NCBI GenBank assembly: GCA_964016885.1 | Contig: OZ024755.1 | Location: 33,852,001-33,916,000, forward strand | Reading direction: 5' to 3' | DNA length: 64,000 nucleotides | Source of the DNA: Eledone cirrhosa | Taxonomy: Eukaryota | Shown: in pieces, positions 36,237 through 48,865 of the stretch | How the letters are laid out: each line of letters starts with the position of its first letter | Numbering within the stretch: position 1 is the stretch's first letter | Translations under genes and position numbers: made by a program | Notes under the pieces: generated by a model | Database searches by the model: none | What the model was told of the DNA's origin: nothing | Seen by the model: only the letters and a program-made list of their open reading frames with translations

Positions 36237-36629
36237 TTAACATTAAAATGTATTTTGTACCTTACCATACTCCCACTAAAAAAGGGGATAATCACAACTG
36301 AATGACTTTCTAAAAATAGTTCCTCATTTGATATCTCCTTTATTATCATTAGGTCTTGCCATATAAATCTCTCTATGATTTTAAACACTTCTATAGTTCT
36401 TTGTTCTGTGATCAATATACACTAGTCCTTCTATATGTTTATTGCACATCTTTTCTATGTTATCCATAGGTATTTTTTCCTCTGTATTACCCAAGTCATC
36501 TTCAATGTTCCTGTCATCTTTGGCGTCAGCTATTTCACCATCAGGCATTATTAATTATGTTAAAATATCCTTTCAGCTGAGTGGCAGATTCTGACAACAT
36601 AGTATTTGCGTACGTAAAAAAGGGGCTTA

Positions 36630-37213
36630 CCCTCATCTCTTTCCCACTTGACATGCAGAATTTTTGAAACTCTTAATTTTATCCATCATAATCATTGAAT
36701 ATAAGCACAAGCTAGAGATTGTGCCAGGCAAGCACATTTGATTCATTGGATTGCTAAATGCATATATGGCGTCCTTCACAGTAAATTTCATTTGAAAGTC
36801 TTCCACATCTATCTTCCTGCATGACATTCAAGAAATTGTCTTTATATTTAGTTTTTCCTGTTCTAAGGATACCTTGGTCACATGATTGAATTAATGACAC
36901 CCCATTTGGTGAAAGTATATTGCAGAAACAATTTTTATTGGATGTTCAAGAGAACATTCTACTGATTGGTTTAAGAAGCCTTTTATGCTAACAGCTCATA
37001 CCCACTGCAGGGAACAAAGACTGGATGCTGGCATAAAATGTTTGTTAAACCAATCAGAAAATATTCCTGCTCATCCTCCAGCTGAACATCCAATAAAAGT
37101 TGTTTATGAAATATACTTTCTCCAAATATGATGTCATTATTTCAATCATGTGATCAAGGCATACTTAGATCAAGAAAGACTAAATATAAAGTAACTTTCT
37201 TGAATGTCATGCA
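36630..37213. pseudogene. Tigger/pogo DDE transposase fragment in fold-back arrangement
   Basis: SL(F/I)QSCDQGILR on both strands, resembling the pogo-family QPxDQG motif; FTVKDAIYA on the minus strand. Confidence 0.7.
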
Positions 37214-37348
37214 GACAAATATCGGTTGCTCTGTGACGGGTTCGCAGCCGAGTCAGTGGCAGTGGAGACTTCTGGAGGGCTACTTCCCTGTTCACTACCA
37301 CCAGCACAGAGTTGGCTACCTGTGAGCTGGAATGGCTCTTCCAGCACG

Positions 37349-37429
<81 letters not shown>

Positions 37430-37835
37430 ACAAAGTAAATGGAAACAAGAAAGCAAACAACACAGTACAATGAAGAACTATATTAGTTTAATGTTTGATA
37501 GAGTGGGAAAAGAGTCTTAATGTTTTCATCAGAAGATAATGTGAAAAAAAAAAAAAATAAAATAAAAAGAGAGAAAGAGTGGGAAGAGGAAAAAACAGAA
37601 AAAAAAATGGATAGATAAGCACATGCATGTTCAGTCAGCCATTTTGGAGCACACATACACACATGCACACACACACACAGGCATATATATATGAAAAATT
37701 CGGGACCCTGATGGTTGAGCTCTTGCCGTTTCAACAGCTAGATCCAAACAGCAGGTGCTTAGCCATCGAGGTCTCAAATTTTTCATATTACCCACTCTAC
37801 TACCCCAAGTATCAAGTACTTACTGCCTCCATTCT

Positions 37836-38500
37836 CATCATCATCATCATCATCATCATTTTACGTCCGCTTTTCCCTGCTTGCAAGGGTGGGACGGGTC
37901 TTATTCAGCACAGCATCTCTCCACTCGTCACGGTCCCTCGTCATCTCCACCGTGAGCTTCAATGATCTGAGGTCTGTTCTCACCACCTCCGCCCATGTTT
38001 TTCGTGGTCTACCTCTACCACGTCTTCCTTCAACTGGCATTTCCTGGCACTTCTTCACCCATCGGTCATCCTCCATGCGCATCACATGTCCATACCACCT
38101 CAGTCTCCTCTCCCGTACACTACATTCTATCCCTCTCAGACACAGTTTCTCTCTCAACACATCACATGTCTATACCACCTCAGTCTCCTCTCCCGTACAC
38201 TACATTCTATCCCTCTCAGACACAGTTTCTCTCTCAACACATTTATGCTGGGTCGTTCACGCACATTTACACTGCACATCCAACGGAGCATGCTTGCCTC
38301 ATTTCTCTCCAGCCGTCGCATATCTTCTGCGGTAGCTGCCCATGTCTCACTACCATGCAGCATCGCGCTCCTCACACAGGCATCATACAACCGGCCTTTC
38401 GTACGCAGGGAGAAACCCTTCTTCGTCAACAGAGGAAGCAGCTCCCTAAACTTCTTCCAACCCGTCCTTATTCTAGATACTATGGCCTCGGAACACCCTC
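37836..38500 (-). mobile_element. RTE LINE 3' fragment (sister of the PHD-RTE family)
   Basis: RIRTGWKKFRELLPLL...LHGSETW...RRLRWYGHVMR...GRGRPRKTW; 80-bp tandem duplication 38081-38240; (GAT)n tail. Confidence 0.9.
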
Positions 38501-38520
38501 ATATATATATATTTATATAT

Positions 38521-38705
38521 ATAACGAAGGAAATGTGGTAAGGAACCAGGTGGACCATAACGCACCAAAGTACTCAATACTTAGGGTAGTAGAGTGGGTA
38601 ATAGGAACGAGTAGGACCCCGACGGCTGAGCTCAAGCCGTTTCGACGTCCAGAATTAGCCGTCGAAACGGCTTGAGTTCAGCCGTCGGGGTCCTACTCAT
38701 TCCTA
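38521..38705 (-). mobile_element. hairpin-terminated (TA)n-embedded element
   Basis: Reverse complement of 1426-1636 with a shortened hairpin apex. Confidence 0.8.
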
Positions 38706-38725
38706 TTTATATATATATATATACA

Positions 38726-39065
38726 GGCACATGGCTTAGTGGTTAGAGCATTGGGCTTACAATCGAAAGGTTGTGAGTTCAATTATCAGACCGGGTGATG
38801 TGTTGTTTCTTTGAGCAAGACACTTTATTTCCCATTGCTCCAGTTTACTCAGCTGTAGAAATGAGATGATAGGGACTGGGGTCCCTATCATTCCACTGCA
38901 AAGTGGTCGTGGAGGTGCCACGGCAAAAAAGCACCCAGCACTCACTGTAAATGAGGTTGGGGTTAGGAAGGGCATCCAGCTGTAGAAATCAAGCCAGAAT
39001 CAGTTCCCGTCCCACCCTTGCAAGCAGGGAAAAGCGGATGTATGATGATGATGATGACGATGATA
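38726..39065 (+). mobile_element. CORE-type SINE B
   Basis: Full-length match to the other SINE B copies. Confidence 0.9.
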
Positions 39066-39788
39066 TATAAAGTAAACAGTTATTGTGTGCTTTTAAATGA
39101 CTAAAATGACTCTTCCATGCAGTAATTGCTTTAGTTTCAACATACAGTCTCAGATGAAGGCATCAAGTCACTTGTCAGACAAGTACAGTTCTAAAATATC
39201 TATAAACTCATTGTTCAAAATGTAGCTGTGCTGACTGTTGACCTGTATGGTACATCTTCTCCTTGGTAACATTAGCCGGTCAGCCATTTTTTTCCAGTCA
39301 TTTTAGCAGTACCATACTGTTTTGCTGACTTTTCTGCTTTACCTTATGCTATATCTTTTGTAATTTTTTTAAATTTTTTTTGTTCTAGTATCGTGTTTTT
39401 ATTTAAACTTTATTTTTATGAAGAGAAAAATTTACGACTTGGAGAAAATAAATGTAAAACTTCTGCATGAAGGACCTTGTAATAATAAAAAAAAAATTAG
39501 GTTTACATCTAGTTTTTCATACTTTAGAAATTTTTACATATATGGCGCTTTTGATTGATGATAAAAATAACTTTCAATTCCCCCAAAACATCTTTACTTA
39601 CTTGAAGAAAATGACAGAAGTGAATGTATAGCCATATGGTTAAGAAATTTACTTTGCAGTCAAGTGATTCTTGGTTTGATTGTTAGAAACTGTGAGGAAG
39701 CTGTCATATATATACATACATACATATAAATATATATATATACATACATACATACATACATATATACGTGTGTGTATATATATATATA

Positions 39789-39826
<38 letters not shown>

Positions 39827-39944
39827 CATACACATATAAACTAATATATATATACATATATGTATATGTGTGTGTATATATATGTATATATACGCGTGTG
39901 TGTGTGTGTATATATATGTGTATATATATATATGTACACATATG

Positions 39945-40660
39945 TAGGCGCCATGGAAAAAAAGCCCCACCACTCACTGTAAATGAGGTTGGAAGGGCAT
40001 CCAACTGTAGAAATCAAGCCAAAATCAGTTCCTGTATGAATAAGACAAGGTCACTGGACCTAACATTGCCCACAACAGGACAACCTGTCTAACCCATGCT
40101 AGCATGGGTTAAAAAAAAAATATATATATCATCATCATCATCATTTTACGTCCACTTTTCCCTGCTTACAAGGGTGGGACGGGAACTGATTCTGGCTTGA
40201 TTTCTACAGCTGGATGCCCTTCCTAACACCAACCTCATTTACAGTGAGTGTTGGGTGCTTTTTTTTTTCCATGGTGCCTACACATCCACTTTACAATGTG
40301 GGCTGGGTGCTATGATGGTGATGATGATGGTGGTGATGGTGGTGATGAAGATGGTGATGATGATGATGGTGATGATGGCAATGATGATGACGATGGTGAT
40401 GATGATGGTGATGATGGTGATGATGGTGATGATGATGATGATGATGAGGACGATGATTATGGAAATCAGGGCTACGATGGTGATCATTATTATGACTACT
40501 ATTCTGAGTTCAAATCCCGCTGAGGTTAACTTTGCCTTTCATCCTTACAGGCTCGATAAAATAAAGTACCAGTAATACACTGGTTTCAATTTAATCGACT
40601 CCCCCCCCCACCCCCCACCCCAACATTTTTGGCCTTATGCTTAAATCAGAAATCATTATT
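39945..40660. mobile_element. cluster of SINE tails (39945-40110 +, 40128-40310 -), (GAT)n tract and SINE A (40500-40660 +)
   Basis: Family motifs as above. Confidence 0.75.
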
Positions 40661-40779
40661 ATGGATTCTTGCATGAGTAGTGGGCTTGCTACCTGCAAAC
40701 TATGCTACCTTGCTATCTGTTCTCTTCCCTTACTTTCCTGATAATTCTCGCCATGACAATGGAGGCAAACATTTTTCAA

Positions 40780-41560
40780 TAGCTTAACTGGACACTATTA
40801 TAATTTCCTTTATGTTCCTCTTAACATCTTTTGATACCGTCTTCAAGGACCCAACAATGATTAGCAATACCTTCACCTTTTTCATCTTCCACACTTGGGG
40901 TATCTTGTATTTAACCCTTTAGCATTTACTTTATTCTACATATGCTATTGTGTTTTTGTGGTAAAGGCTTTATCTCACATAATAATGAATCTACGAGATT
41001 TTGAGGTTATTTATTTACTATGCGTGGACAGTTATGACTACTTTGAACAGAGTGAAGTGAGAGAATTCTGGTCGGATATGGCTGGTTTAACCCTTTACCA
41101 TTTACATTACTCTATATATACTATTGTATTTTTGTGGTAAAGGTTTTATCTTACATAATTATCTCACATGATATCAAATTGATGGGATTTTTATATTATT
41201 TATTTTGAGAACAATACATTAATCTCGGTATGAGTGGTCAGTTATGGCCAGTTTGAATAGAAAGAGGTGAGAGAATCCTGGCTGGATATGGCCGGTTTAA
41301 ATGCTAGAGGGTTAAGCGGATTCTTCAGTATTCTCTTATGACTTTCTATGTTCTGAGTTCAAATCCCATTGAGGGTAGCTTTGCCTTTCATCCTTACAGG
41401 GTTGATAAAATACCTTCCTTTTTAACTATCGATGAGTTAAATGGGCAATCAACATCGATTACAACACAAACATGATTTACTTTGTCCACTATGACTAAGT
41501 CTGGTTTGTTGTGCACCTGCTCTGTTTGAATTCAGAAATCCCACAGGATTTTGCAAGTCT
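40780..41560 (-). pseudogene. R4/Dong-like REL endonuclease fragment split by MITE/SINE insertions
   Basis: KILWDF*IQTEQVHNKPDLVIVDK...VIDVDCP (41412-41560) continues as VWKMKKVKVLLIIVGSLKTV (40780-40900). Confidence 0.7.
40915..41311 (-). mobile_element. two tandem piggyBac-type MITEs
   Basis: TTAA at 40911, 41087 and 41312. Confidence 0.8.
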
Positions 41561-42067
41561 CCAACTCAGTCACATTTGAGCCTTTTCTAGTTGATGACCG
41601 GGCCTGTACTGCTCAAAAACTGGACCCCTGCTGGGTAAAAGAACTTCACCATTAGTTCCAGCCTATTTAACATCATTATTATATATGTTTGTATTAGACA
41701 TTTTCACTCATAATTGAGGTTTCTGTTTTAAGGTTTGCCACCAACCAATATTTTTATAGAAAAACCATCTCTAGAAAGATCGTCAACTTCTTTCTACTCA
41801 TAAGTTGGGAGGATTCCCATTCTCATTTCTGAGGGTCGGAGTCCATGCACAGTTGCCATCTATATGATGCTGTATGTCCATGGTTCACATTGAGAAAAAA
41901 TGCCATTAGTGGGTCCCAACTCATCATCTGACCATTACTCAGAAGCAGGCTACCAAGTCACAGCTCATGTGCCTTCATCACAAGGATGAAACCATTGGCT
42001 ACTTGACAGGATTATATCCCAGTGACTAAAGAGTCCCATTTACTCACGTTCCTTCTCCTAGACATAA

Positions 42068-42550
42068 TGCCAACCAAGGCTAATGAGAGACTGCCAATGA
42101 CTGCTAACGACAGACTGCCAATGACTTCTAACAACAGACTGCCAACAACTGCTAACAACAGACTGCCAACCAAGGCTAACGACAGACTGCCAACGACTGC
42201 TAACGACGGACTGCCAACAACTGCTAACAACAGACTGCCAACAAAGGCTAACGACAGACTGCCAACGACTGCTAATGACACACTGCCAACAACAGACTGC
42301 TAACAACAGACTGCCAACCAAGGCTAACGACTGGCTGCCAACGACTGCTAATGACATACTGCCAACAACAGACTGCCAACAACTGCTAACAACAGACTGC
42401 CAACCAAGGCTAACGACAGACTGCCAATGACTGCTAATGACAGACTGCCAACAACAAACTGCCAACAACTGCTAACAACAGACTGCCAACCAAGGCTAAC
42501 GACAGACTCCCAACGACTACTAAAAAGATACTGCCAACCAAGGCTAATGA
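42068..42550. repeat. 24-bp minisatellite (aacgacagactgccaacgactgct)n
   Basis: About 20 variant units; explains the TANDRLP ORFs. Confidence 0.9.
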
Positions 42551-42737
42551 GTTCTGTCTACCAGGTTTTAGATGACCATTCACTCTCTTCAGTTACTCTG
42601 CCCATTGCTGGGTTTTGTTTTTCATTCTGGAGGGTGTCCAAAAATTACCCTCATCCTTAAGCAAGCTTGATGGGGTTGCTGGTTTAGTCATCGATGACCC
42701 AACCATGTGTATTATAATCATTATTATTATTATTACA

Positions 42738-43200
42738 GGGCGGTGGATTGGCAGTATCAGTAGAGGGTCGGACGCCATGCTTTCCAGCATAGTTGCGTCC
42801 CTTTACGATCTGAGTTCAAATCCCGCAGAGGTTGACTTTGCCTTTCATCCTTACGGGGTCGATAAAATAAAGTACCAGTAATGCACTGGGTAATTGCTGG
42901 CCTTGTGCCTAAAGTAGAAACAATTATTATTATTATTATTATTACCAGTAATAAACTGGGATAATTGCTGGCCTTGTGCCAATAGTAGAAACAATTATTA
43001 TTATTATTATTATTATTCTGGCGGTATCGGTAGAGGGTCGGACACCATGCTTTGCAGCAAAGAGTTACGGCCCTTTATGGTCCGAGTTCAAATCCCGCCG
43101 AGGTTAACTTTGCCTTTCATCCTTATGGGGTCGATAAAATAAAGTACCAGTAATACACTGGGATAATTGCTGGCCTTGTGGCAAAAGTAGAAACAATTAT
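42738..43200 (+). mobile_element. two SINE A copies plus a duplicated tail in (ATT)n
   Basis: 42738-42925 and 43018-43200, separated by (ATT)n. Confidence 0.9.
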
Positions 43201-43204
43201 TATT

Positions 43205-43458
43205 TCATTATTCCATTTAGCTCAGTTCTGTTTCTCTATTGCCAGGTTCAGGCCTTGAACCTAGGGCTATAGAGGTTTTCATTGTAGAGAGGGAACTCAT
43301 CTGAGAATGTCTACTGTTCCTAGTAGCCTGATCTTCTGTAGCTCATATTTGCTGATCTTGCAGGGAAGGATGCAAAGGTTTAAGTCTGATGATTTGGGTA
43401 TTAATCCTAATGCTCCAATTACCACAGGGATTATGTTTGTGGTCACCCTCCACATGTG

Positions 43459-43460
<2 letters not shown>
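43205..43460 (-). mobile_element. R4/Dong-like LINE 3' end
   Basis: MWRVTTNIIPVVIGALGLIPK...ELQKIRLLGTVDILR; flanked by (TAA)n. Confidence 0.8.
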
Positions 43461-43494
<34 letters not shown>

Positions 43495-43639
43495 GTTATT
43501 GAAGATCTGCACATTGTTATCATCAGACTAATAGGATGTGTTTGTAATGTTAAGCACAAATGGTTACCTTAATGAAATTAGGAAAGAATGGTGTCTGCAG
43601 GCAGCTTTCATAAACAAACTGACACCCATCTACATAAAC

Positions 43640-44485
43640 ACATGACACACACACAAACAGACACATACATACTTACATCACATTCACACACCCACCCACA
43701 CGCACACACAAACAGACACAGACATACTTACATCACATTCACACATACATATACACACACACACAAACAGACACAGACATACTTACATCACATTCACACA
43801 TATACACACAGACATACTTACATCACATTCACATACACACACACATCACATTCAGACACACACACACACACAGACACACATCACATTCACACATATTCAC
43901 ACACACACAGACACATACAGGCATACTTACATCACATTCACACATACATACATCACCTTCACACACAGACACACATCGCATTCATACATATACACACACA
44001 CATACAGACAGACATCACATTCACACATACACACAGAAATACATCACATTCACACAGACACATACAGACATACTTACATCACATTCACACATATACACAC
44101 ACACATACAGACACACACAGACATACTTACATCACATTCACACACAGACATACTTACATCACATACACACACACACACAGACAGACATACTTACATCACA
44201 TACACACACACAGACCTACTTACATCACATTCACACATACACACACACATACAGACATACTTACATCACATTCACACATATACACACACACATACAGACA
44301 CACACAGACATACTTACATCACATTCACACATATACACACACACATACAGACACACACAGACATACTTACATCACATTCACACATATACACACACACATA
44401 CAGACACACACAGACATACTTACATCACATTCACACATACAAACACACACAGACATACTTACATCACATTCACACATACACACAG
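43640..44485. repeat. CA-rich minisatellite (cagacatacttacatcacattcaca...)n
   Basis: The 332-aa H/T ORF is an artefact. Confidence 0.9.
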
Positions 44486-44499
44486 AGGTCCAGGAAAAG

Positions 44500-44750
44500 C
44501 ACATTCCACACTGCCTCCTTCTTCCCTTTGTACACACCACACATTCAGCAGATCATACTTGTCCCCAGCCCTCCAAGGTCCTCTGAAGTCAAGATCAATG
44601 TCTTATGGTCATGCAATGTTGCTTCTCATACACAGGAATTGTATGGCTTACACTTCACTCTGAGAGTAAAATTCTCCATTGTCAGTAGAGATACTAACTC
44701 CCTAAAACAACTCCAGCCATTTCTCACTATGGCTATTACACTTTCAGAAC
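44500..44750 (-). pseudogene. highly decayed RTE fragment
   Basis: CSESVIAIVRNGWSCFRELVSLL aligns with CSESTVARVRTGWKKFRELIPLL. Confidence 0.65.
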
Positions 44751-44870
44751 ACATATGTATATATATATATATATGTAAAAGTTCTATTTAAATTGTTGGG
44801 ATACAACAAGCAAATATATTTATAACTGATATAAAGCACTCAACAAATATTTGTAGTAAAAATACGATAT

Positions 44871-45244
44871 TAACAAATGGAAACTATATTTATAAAACCA
44901 TATTTATTTCATTATACATATTTCAAGGACACCAAGTTAAATTATGGTGTGCTTTCATCAGATAAAATATAATATAGATCAGTTTTATAAATAAATATTG
45001 ACATACCCTTAAAGAATGCAACCATTGCTGTTGGAAGCTCCCGGTTAGTGGAGTTGTAGCTTTAATTATATTATTAGTATATTATATTTTTATTTTTAAA
45101 ATAAGCCGTTGGGTTACGGAGAAAGAGAAAGATAGATCTATATTATATTTTATCTGATGAAAGCACACCATAATTTAACTTGGTGTCCTTGAAATATGTA
45201 TAATCAAATAAATATGGTTTTATAAATATAGTTTCCATTTGTTA
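44871..45244. mobile_element. inverted pair of hammerhead-bearing termini (11032 family)
   Basis: 110-bp arms 44871-44980 and 45135-45244; + copy ttttat CTGATGA(45154) aagcacacca-loop-tggtgtcctt GAAA tatgta TA atcaaa; - copy at 44907-44967. Confidence 0.8.
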
Positions 45245-45799
45245 TATATATATAATATATAATGGTGTCAGCACTGGCTGAGGATTTGGGTCCTGTCACA
45301 GAAAAATTTGAAATAGGCAGCCAAAGAAACATTTGTACCTAAATATCAGTATAATGTAATATATATCTATATACATACATTGATATATACAAGCATACAT
45401 ACGTACGTACATACATATGTTGGGGCACTGGGATATGTTAGTAACTGCTCCAGTACAAATCTTGAGAAGCTGGGCTTCACAGGAACAGAAAGAACACAAC
45501 TAGTTAGGAAATTACAAGTACAATCCATTAATGTAACAGTAAAAATTATGTAAAACATTCCAATAATTCTGCAGATACAAAGCATATGCACATGCACACA
45601 TATAACTCAAAACATCCACATCCACACATACAATAACATCCATACCCGCACACACATACAGACATGCATAGATATCTACCTAGTTGATGTTGTGTAAATT
45701 CCAATGAGAGAGTCTTGTGTCTATGTTAGAAACCGACTCTCTCTCTATTGGTAAAACTTTGTGAAATTATAAAACCAGAAGAACATACATACATACGTA

Positions 45800-46575
45800 C
45801 ATGATGGCTGCAACTCGATTTTGAGTAATGTGATCACATGATACTTCAGCATGTGCATCACGGACATGGCTTTTTAGTCCTGCTAGGCAGTTGCCTATGG
45901 CCAATAATACAACAAAGAAAATGCCACATACCAAGCGATGCATGTGCTTGAAGCTTTTTTTATAATAATAAGAATAATAATAAGAAGAATGAAATTATTG
46001 TGTACAGTGCTCAGGTGCACTACAACTCCTCAAAGGTGCATGTATAGTACATAGAATAATGTACAAATGTCAGGAGAGTGAACAGTGTATGAGTCATGAA
46101 ATACATGTGTGCCTGTGTATAGAGGGGGGGGGGGGATATCAGGTGTAGTGTTGACGAATTTCAGGAAGCACGGAAGTTTTAAAGGATTCAGTGTCTCGGC
46201 AGCTAACAACTGATGCAGGGAGTTTGTTCCATGCAGGTTTTAAAGGATGCAGTGTCTCGGCAGCTAACAACTGATGCAGGGAGTTTGTTCCATGGAGGTT
46301 TTAAAGGATGCAGTGTCTCGGCAGCTAACAACTGATGCAGAGAGTTTGTTCCATGGAGGTTTTAAAGAATGCAGTGTCTCGGCAGCTAACAACTGATGCA
46401 GAGAGTTTGTTCCATGGAGGTTTTAAAGGATGCAGTGTCTCGGCAGCTAACAACTGTGAGGAAAGGCTTTGCATGGAGTCAATCCCACTCTCTGAATATC
46501 GAATGCATTTACCCAAAAAGAAGAACCGGTCTACATCAATTGGATGCAAACGAAATTGCAGGTTTTATATCAGAC
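45800..46575 (-). mobile_element. SINE family C split by a CR1/L2-like LINE end
   Basis: 45800-45962 and 46456-46575 join to match 21146-21375. Confidence 0.65.
45963..46455 (-). mobile_element. CR1/L2-like LINE 3' end with 61-bp tandem repeat
   Basis: WNKL(P/S)ASVVSCRDTA.FKTS C-terminal motif repeated about 4.5 times (46176-46455); (TTA)-rich tail. Confidence 0.7.
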
Positions 46576-47079
46576 ATACATATATAGAGATACACAGACA
46601 CATAAGATGGAAACACCATCATTCAAACTAGAAATAATGAGGTCAATGTCAATAAAACAAGAGATGAACGCAGAAACATATTTTATTCATAACCCTGTTA
46701 TTTTATAATTTCACCTTGTGCGATATTTCATATTAAAACATATTTGATATATACATAAACATGGTATTTTACAATTCTACCTTCCTATACTTGATATTCC
46801 TGCCATTCTTACATTTTACGACCACACTGCATATTCATAGGTTCAATAGAGACTATACTAAAAGTAGGAAAATATTTTATATTCATAGGCATGTTATTCT
46901 ATTCCATAACTGCTGTATAATGTTCACATTTGTGCTATATAGTATATTATATTCACACCAGTGTTATTTCAGAATTGGTCTAGTATTATATGCTATAGTC
47001 ACATTTGCATTGTTTTGGCAACCATGTTTCCTATGGTATGTATATACATATATATATATATATAGTTTTAATATAGATG

Positions 47080-47130
47080 AGATTCTACAGGACTAGAACT
47101 GTTTCATTCTTTAGAAATCATCAGGAATCT
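47080..47130 (-). ncRNA. type I hammerhead ribozyme with true stem III
   Basis: Minus strand: agattc CTGATGA t-ttc-taaa-gaa-t GAAA cag-ttctagtc-ctg TA gaatct. Confidence 0.85.
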
Positions 47131-47544
47131 GGGTATCAAAAAATAAATATGGTATTTATAGGTCTCTTCAGGTGGTAGGAGAAGGTGGGGATTGGGATGG
47201 GTAGAGGTCAATGGTTGATAGAAAAGGGAATTCATTAAAAGCTAATTCTTTAAAGCTATAATTTATATTTAGAGTAACAAAGGCAGAAAGAATTCTATAA
47301 ACAAGTTCAGAATGGGGTGCCACTCCTTATTTTTAAGTTTCTCTTAAGCTAACAATGCCTATATTTCAGGTGTCTATAAGATTGTTGGGGGTCCGTCATG
47401 GTTGATGGATTTAAAGAAAAGGGAAATTCTTTAAAAGCTAATTCTTTAAAGTTCTACTTAGAGTGAGAAAGGCCTAGAGAATTCTATAGACCAGTTCAAA
47501 ATATTATCTTCAAGTTTCTCTTAAGCTATATTCCAGGTGTCAAC

Positions 47545-47606
47545 AGATACATTCACAAACACATACACACACACGCGCACTCCCTCCCCACACACACATA
47601 CATACA

Positions 47607-47638
<32 letters not shown>

Positions 47639-47902
47639 AATACATATATATATATATATACACACATACATACATACACATACATACACACACATATATA
47701 CACATATACACACATATATACATATACACACATATATACATATACACACATACACATATATATACATATATATCATCATCATCGTTTAACGTCCATGTTC
47801 CACGCTTGCATGGGTTTACATACATATATACACATATGTATATATACATACACACACACATACATATATATACACACACACACATATAAAGACACACACA
47901 CT

Positions 47903-47939
<37 letters not shown>

Positions 47940-48125
47940 ATATATACACATATACACATATACATATATATATATACATATATACATACATACATACACT
48001 TATATACATATATATACATACATATACATACACACACACACATATATATATATATACACACACACATATACACACATACATACACATATATATATATACA
48101 TACATATACACACATACATATATAT

Positions 48126-48218
<93 letters not shown>

Positions 48219-48420
48219 TACATACACGCATACATATACATATACACACACATACATATATGCACACATACATACATATATATATATATACATACACATA
48301 TACATATATATATATATATATATGCATATATACACATACATATACATATATACACATATATATACACACATATACATATATACATACATATATATACACA
48401 CACATATATATATATATATA
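47545..48420. repeat. compound (TA)n/(CA)n/(TACA)n microsatellite
   Basis: Low complexity; includes a short SINE tail stub at about 47772-47815. Confidence 0.95.
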
Positions 48421-48641
48421 TAAACAGAAAAAATGAAACAAAATTTCATTTCCCACTCTTAGTACAGCTGTTACCTAATTATAAGTATGTACACGTACAT
48501 ACATATATGTATACAGACGTACAGTAGTATGTATATATATATACATACATGCACACATATATATATGTACGTATGGATTCACCGAACATTTATGATAATG
48601 CTCGGTGTGTTTGTAAACAAACATCCCGTATTAAGCCGTAG

Positions 48642-48865
48642 TGTCTAGCAACCATCGTTGCTCGTTTGTTCAACACTGACAAAGGAACGCTGTATTAACC
48701 CACTCGATATGCAAATTGGGCTACTCAGCCATTAATATGCATAAGTATATACGTTCAGCAATCTGGCAGGAAGGTATACGTTGCTGACGATAGCTAATAA
48801 GCTTTAAACTAGTACAGCGTTCCTTTGTCAGTGTTGAACAAACGAGCAACGATGGTTGCTAGACA
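48642..48865 (+). mobile_element. short element with perfect 53-bp inverted repeat and mutated hammerhead
   Basis: Arms 48642-48694 and 48813-48865; cgttg CTGACGA t-agct-aata-agct-t TAAA ctag TA cagcg at 48779-48819 (GAAA changed to TAAA). Confidence 0.7.
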
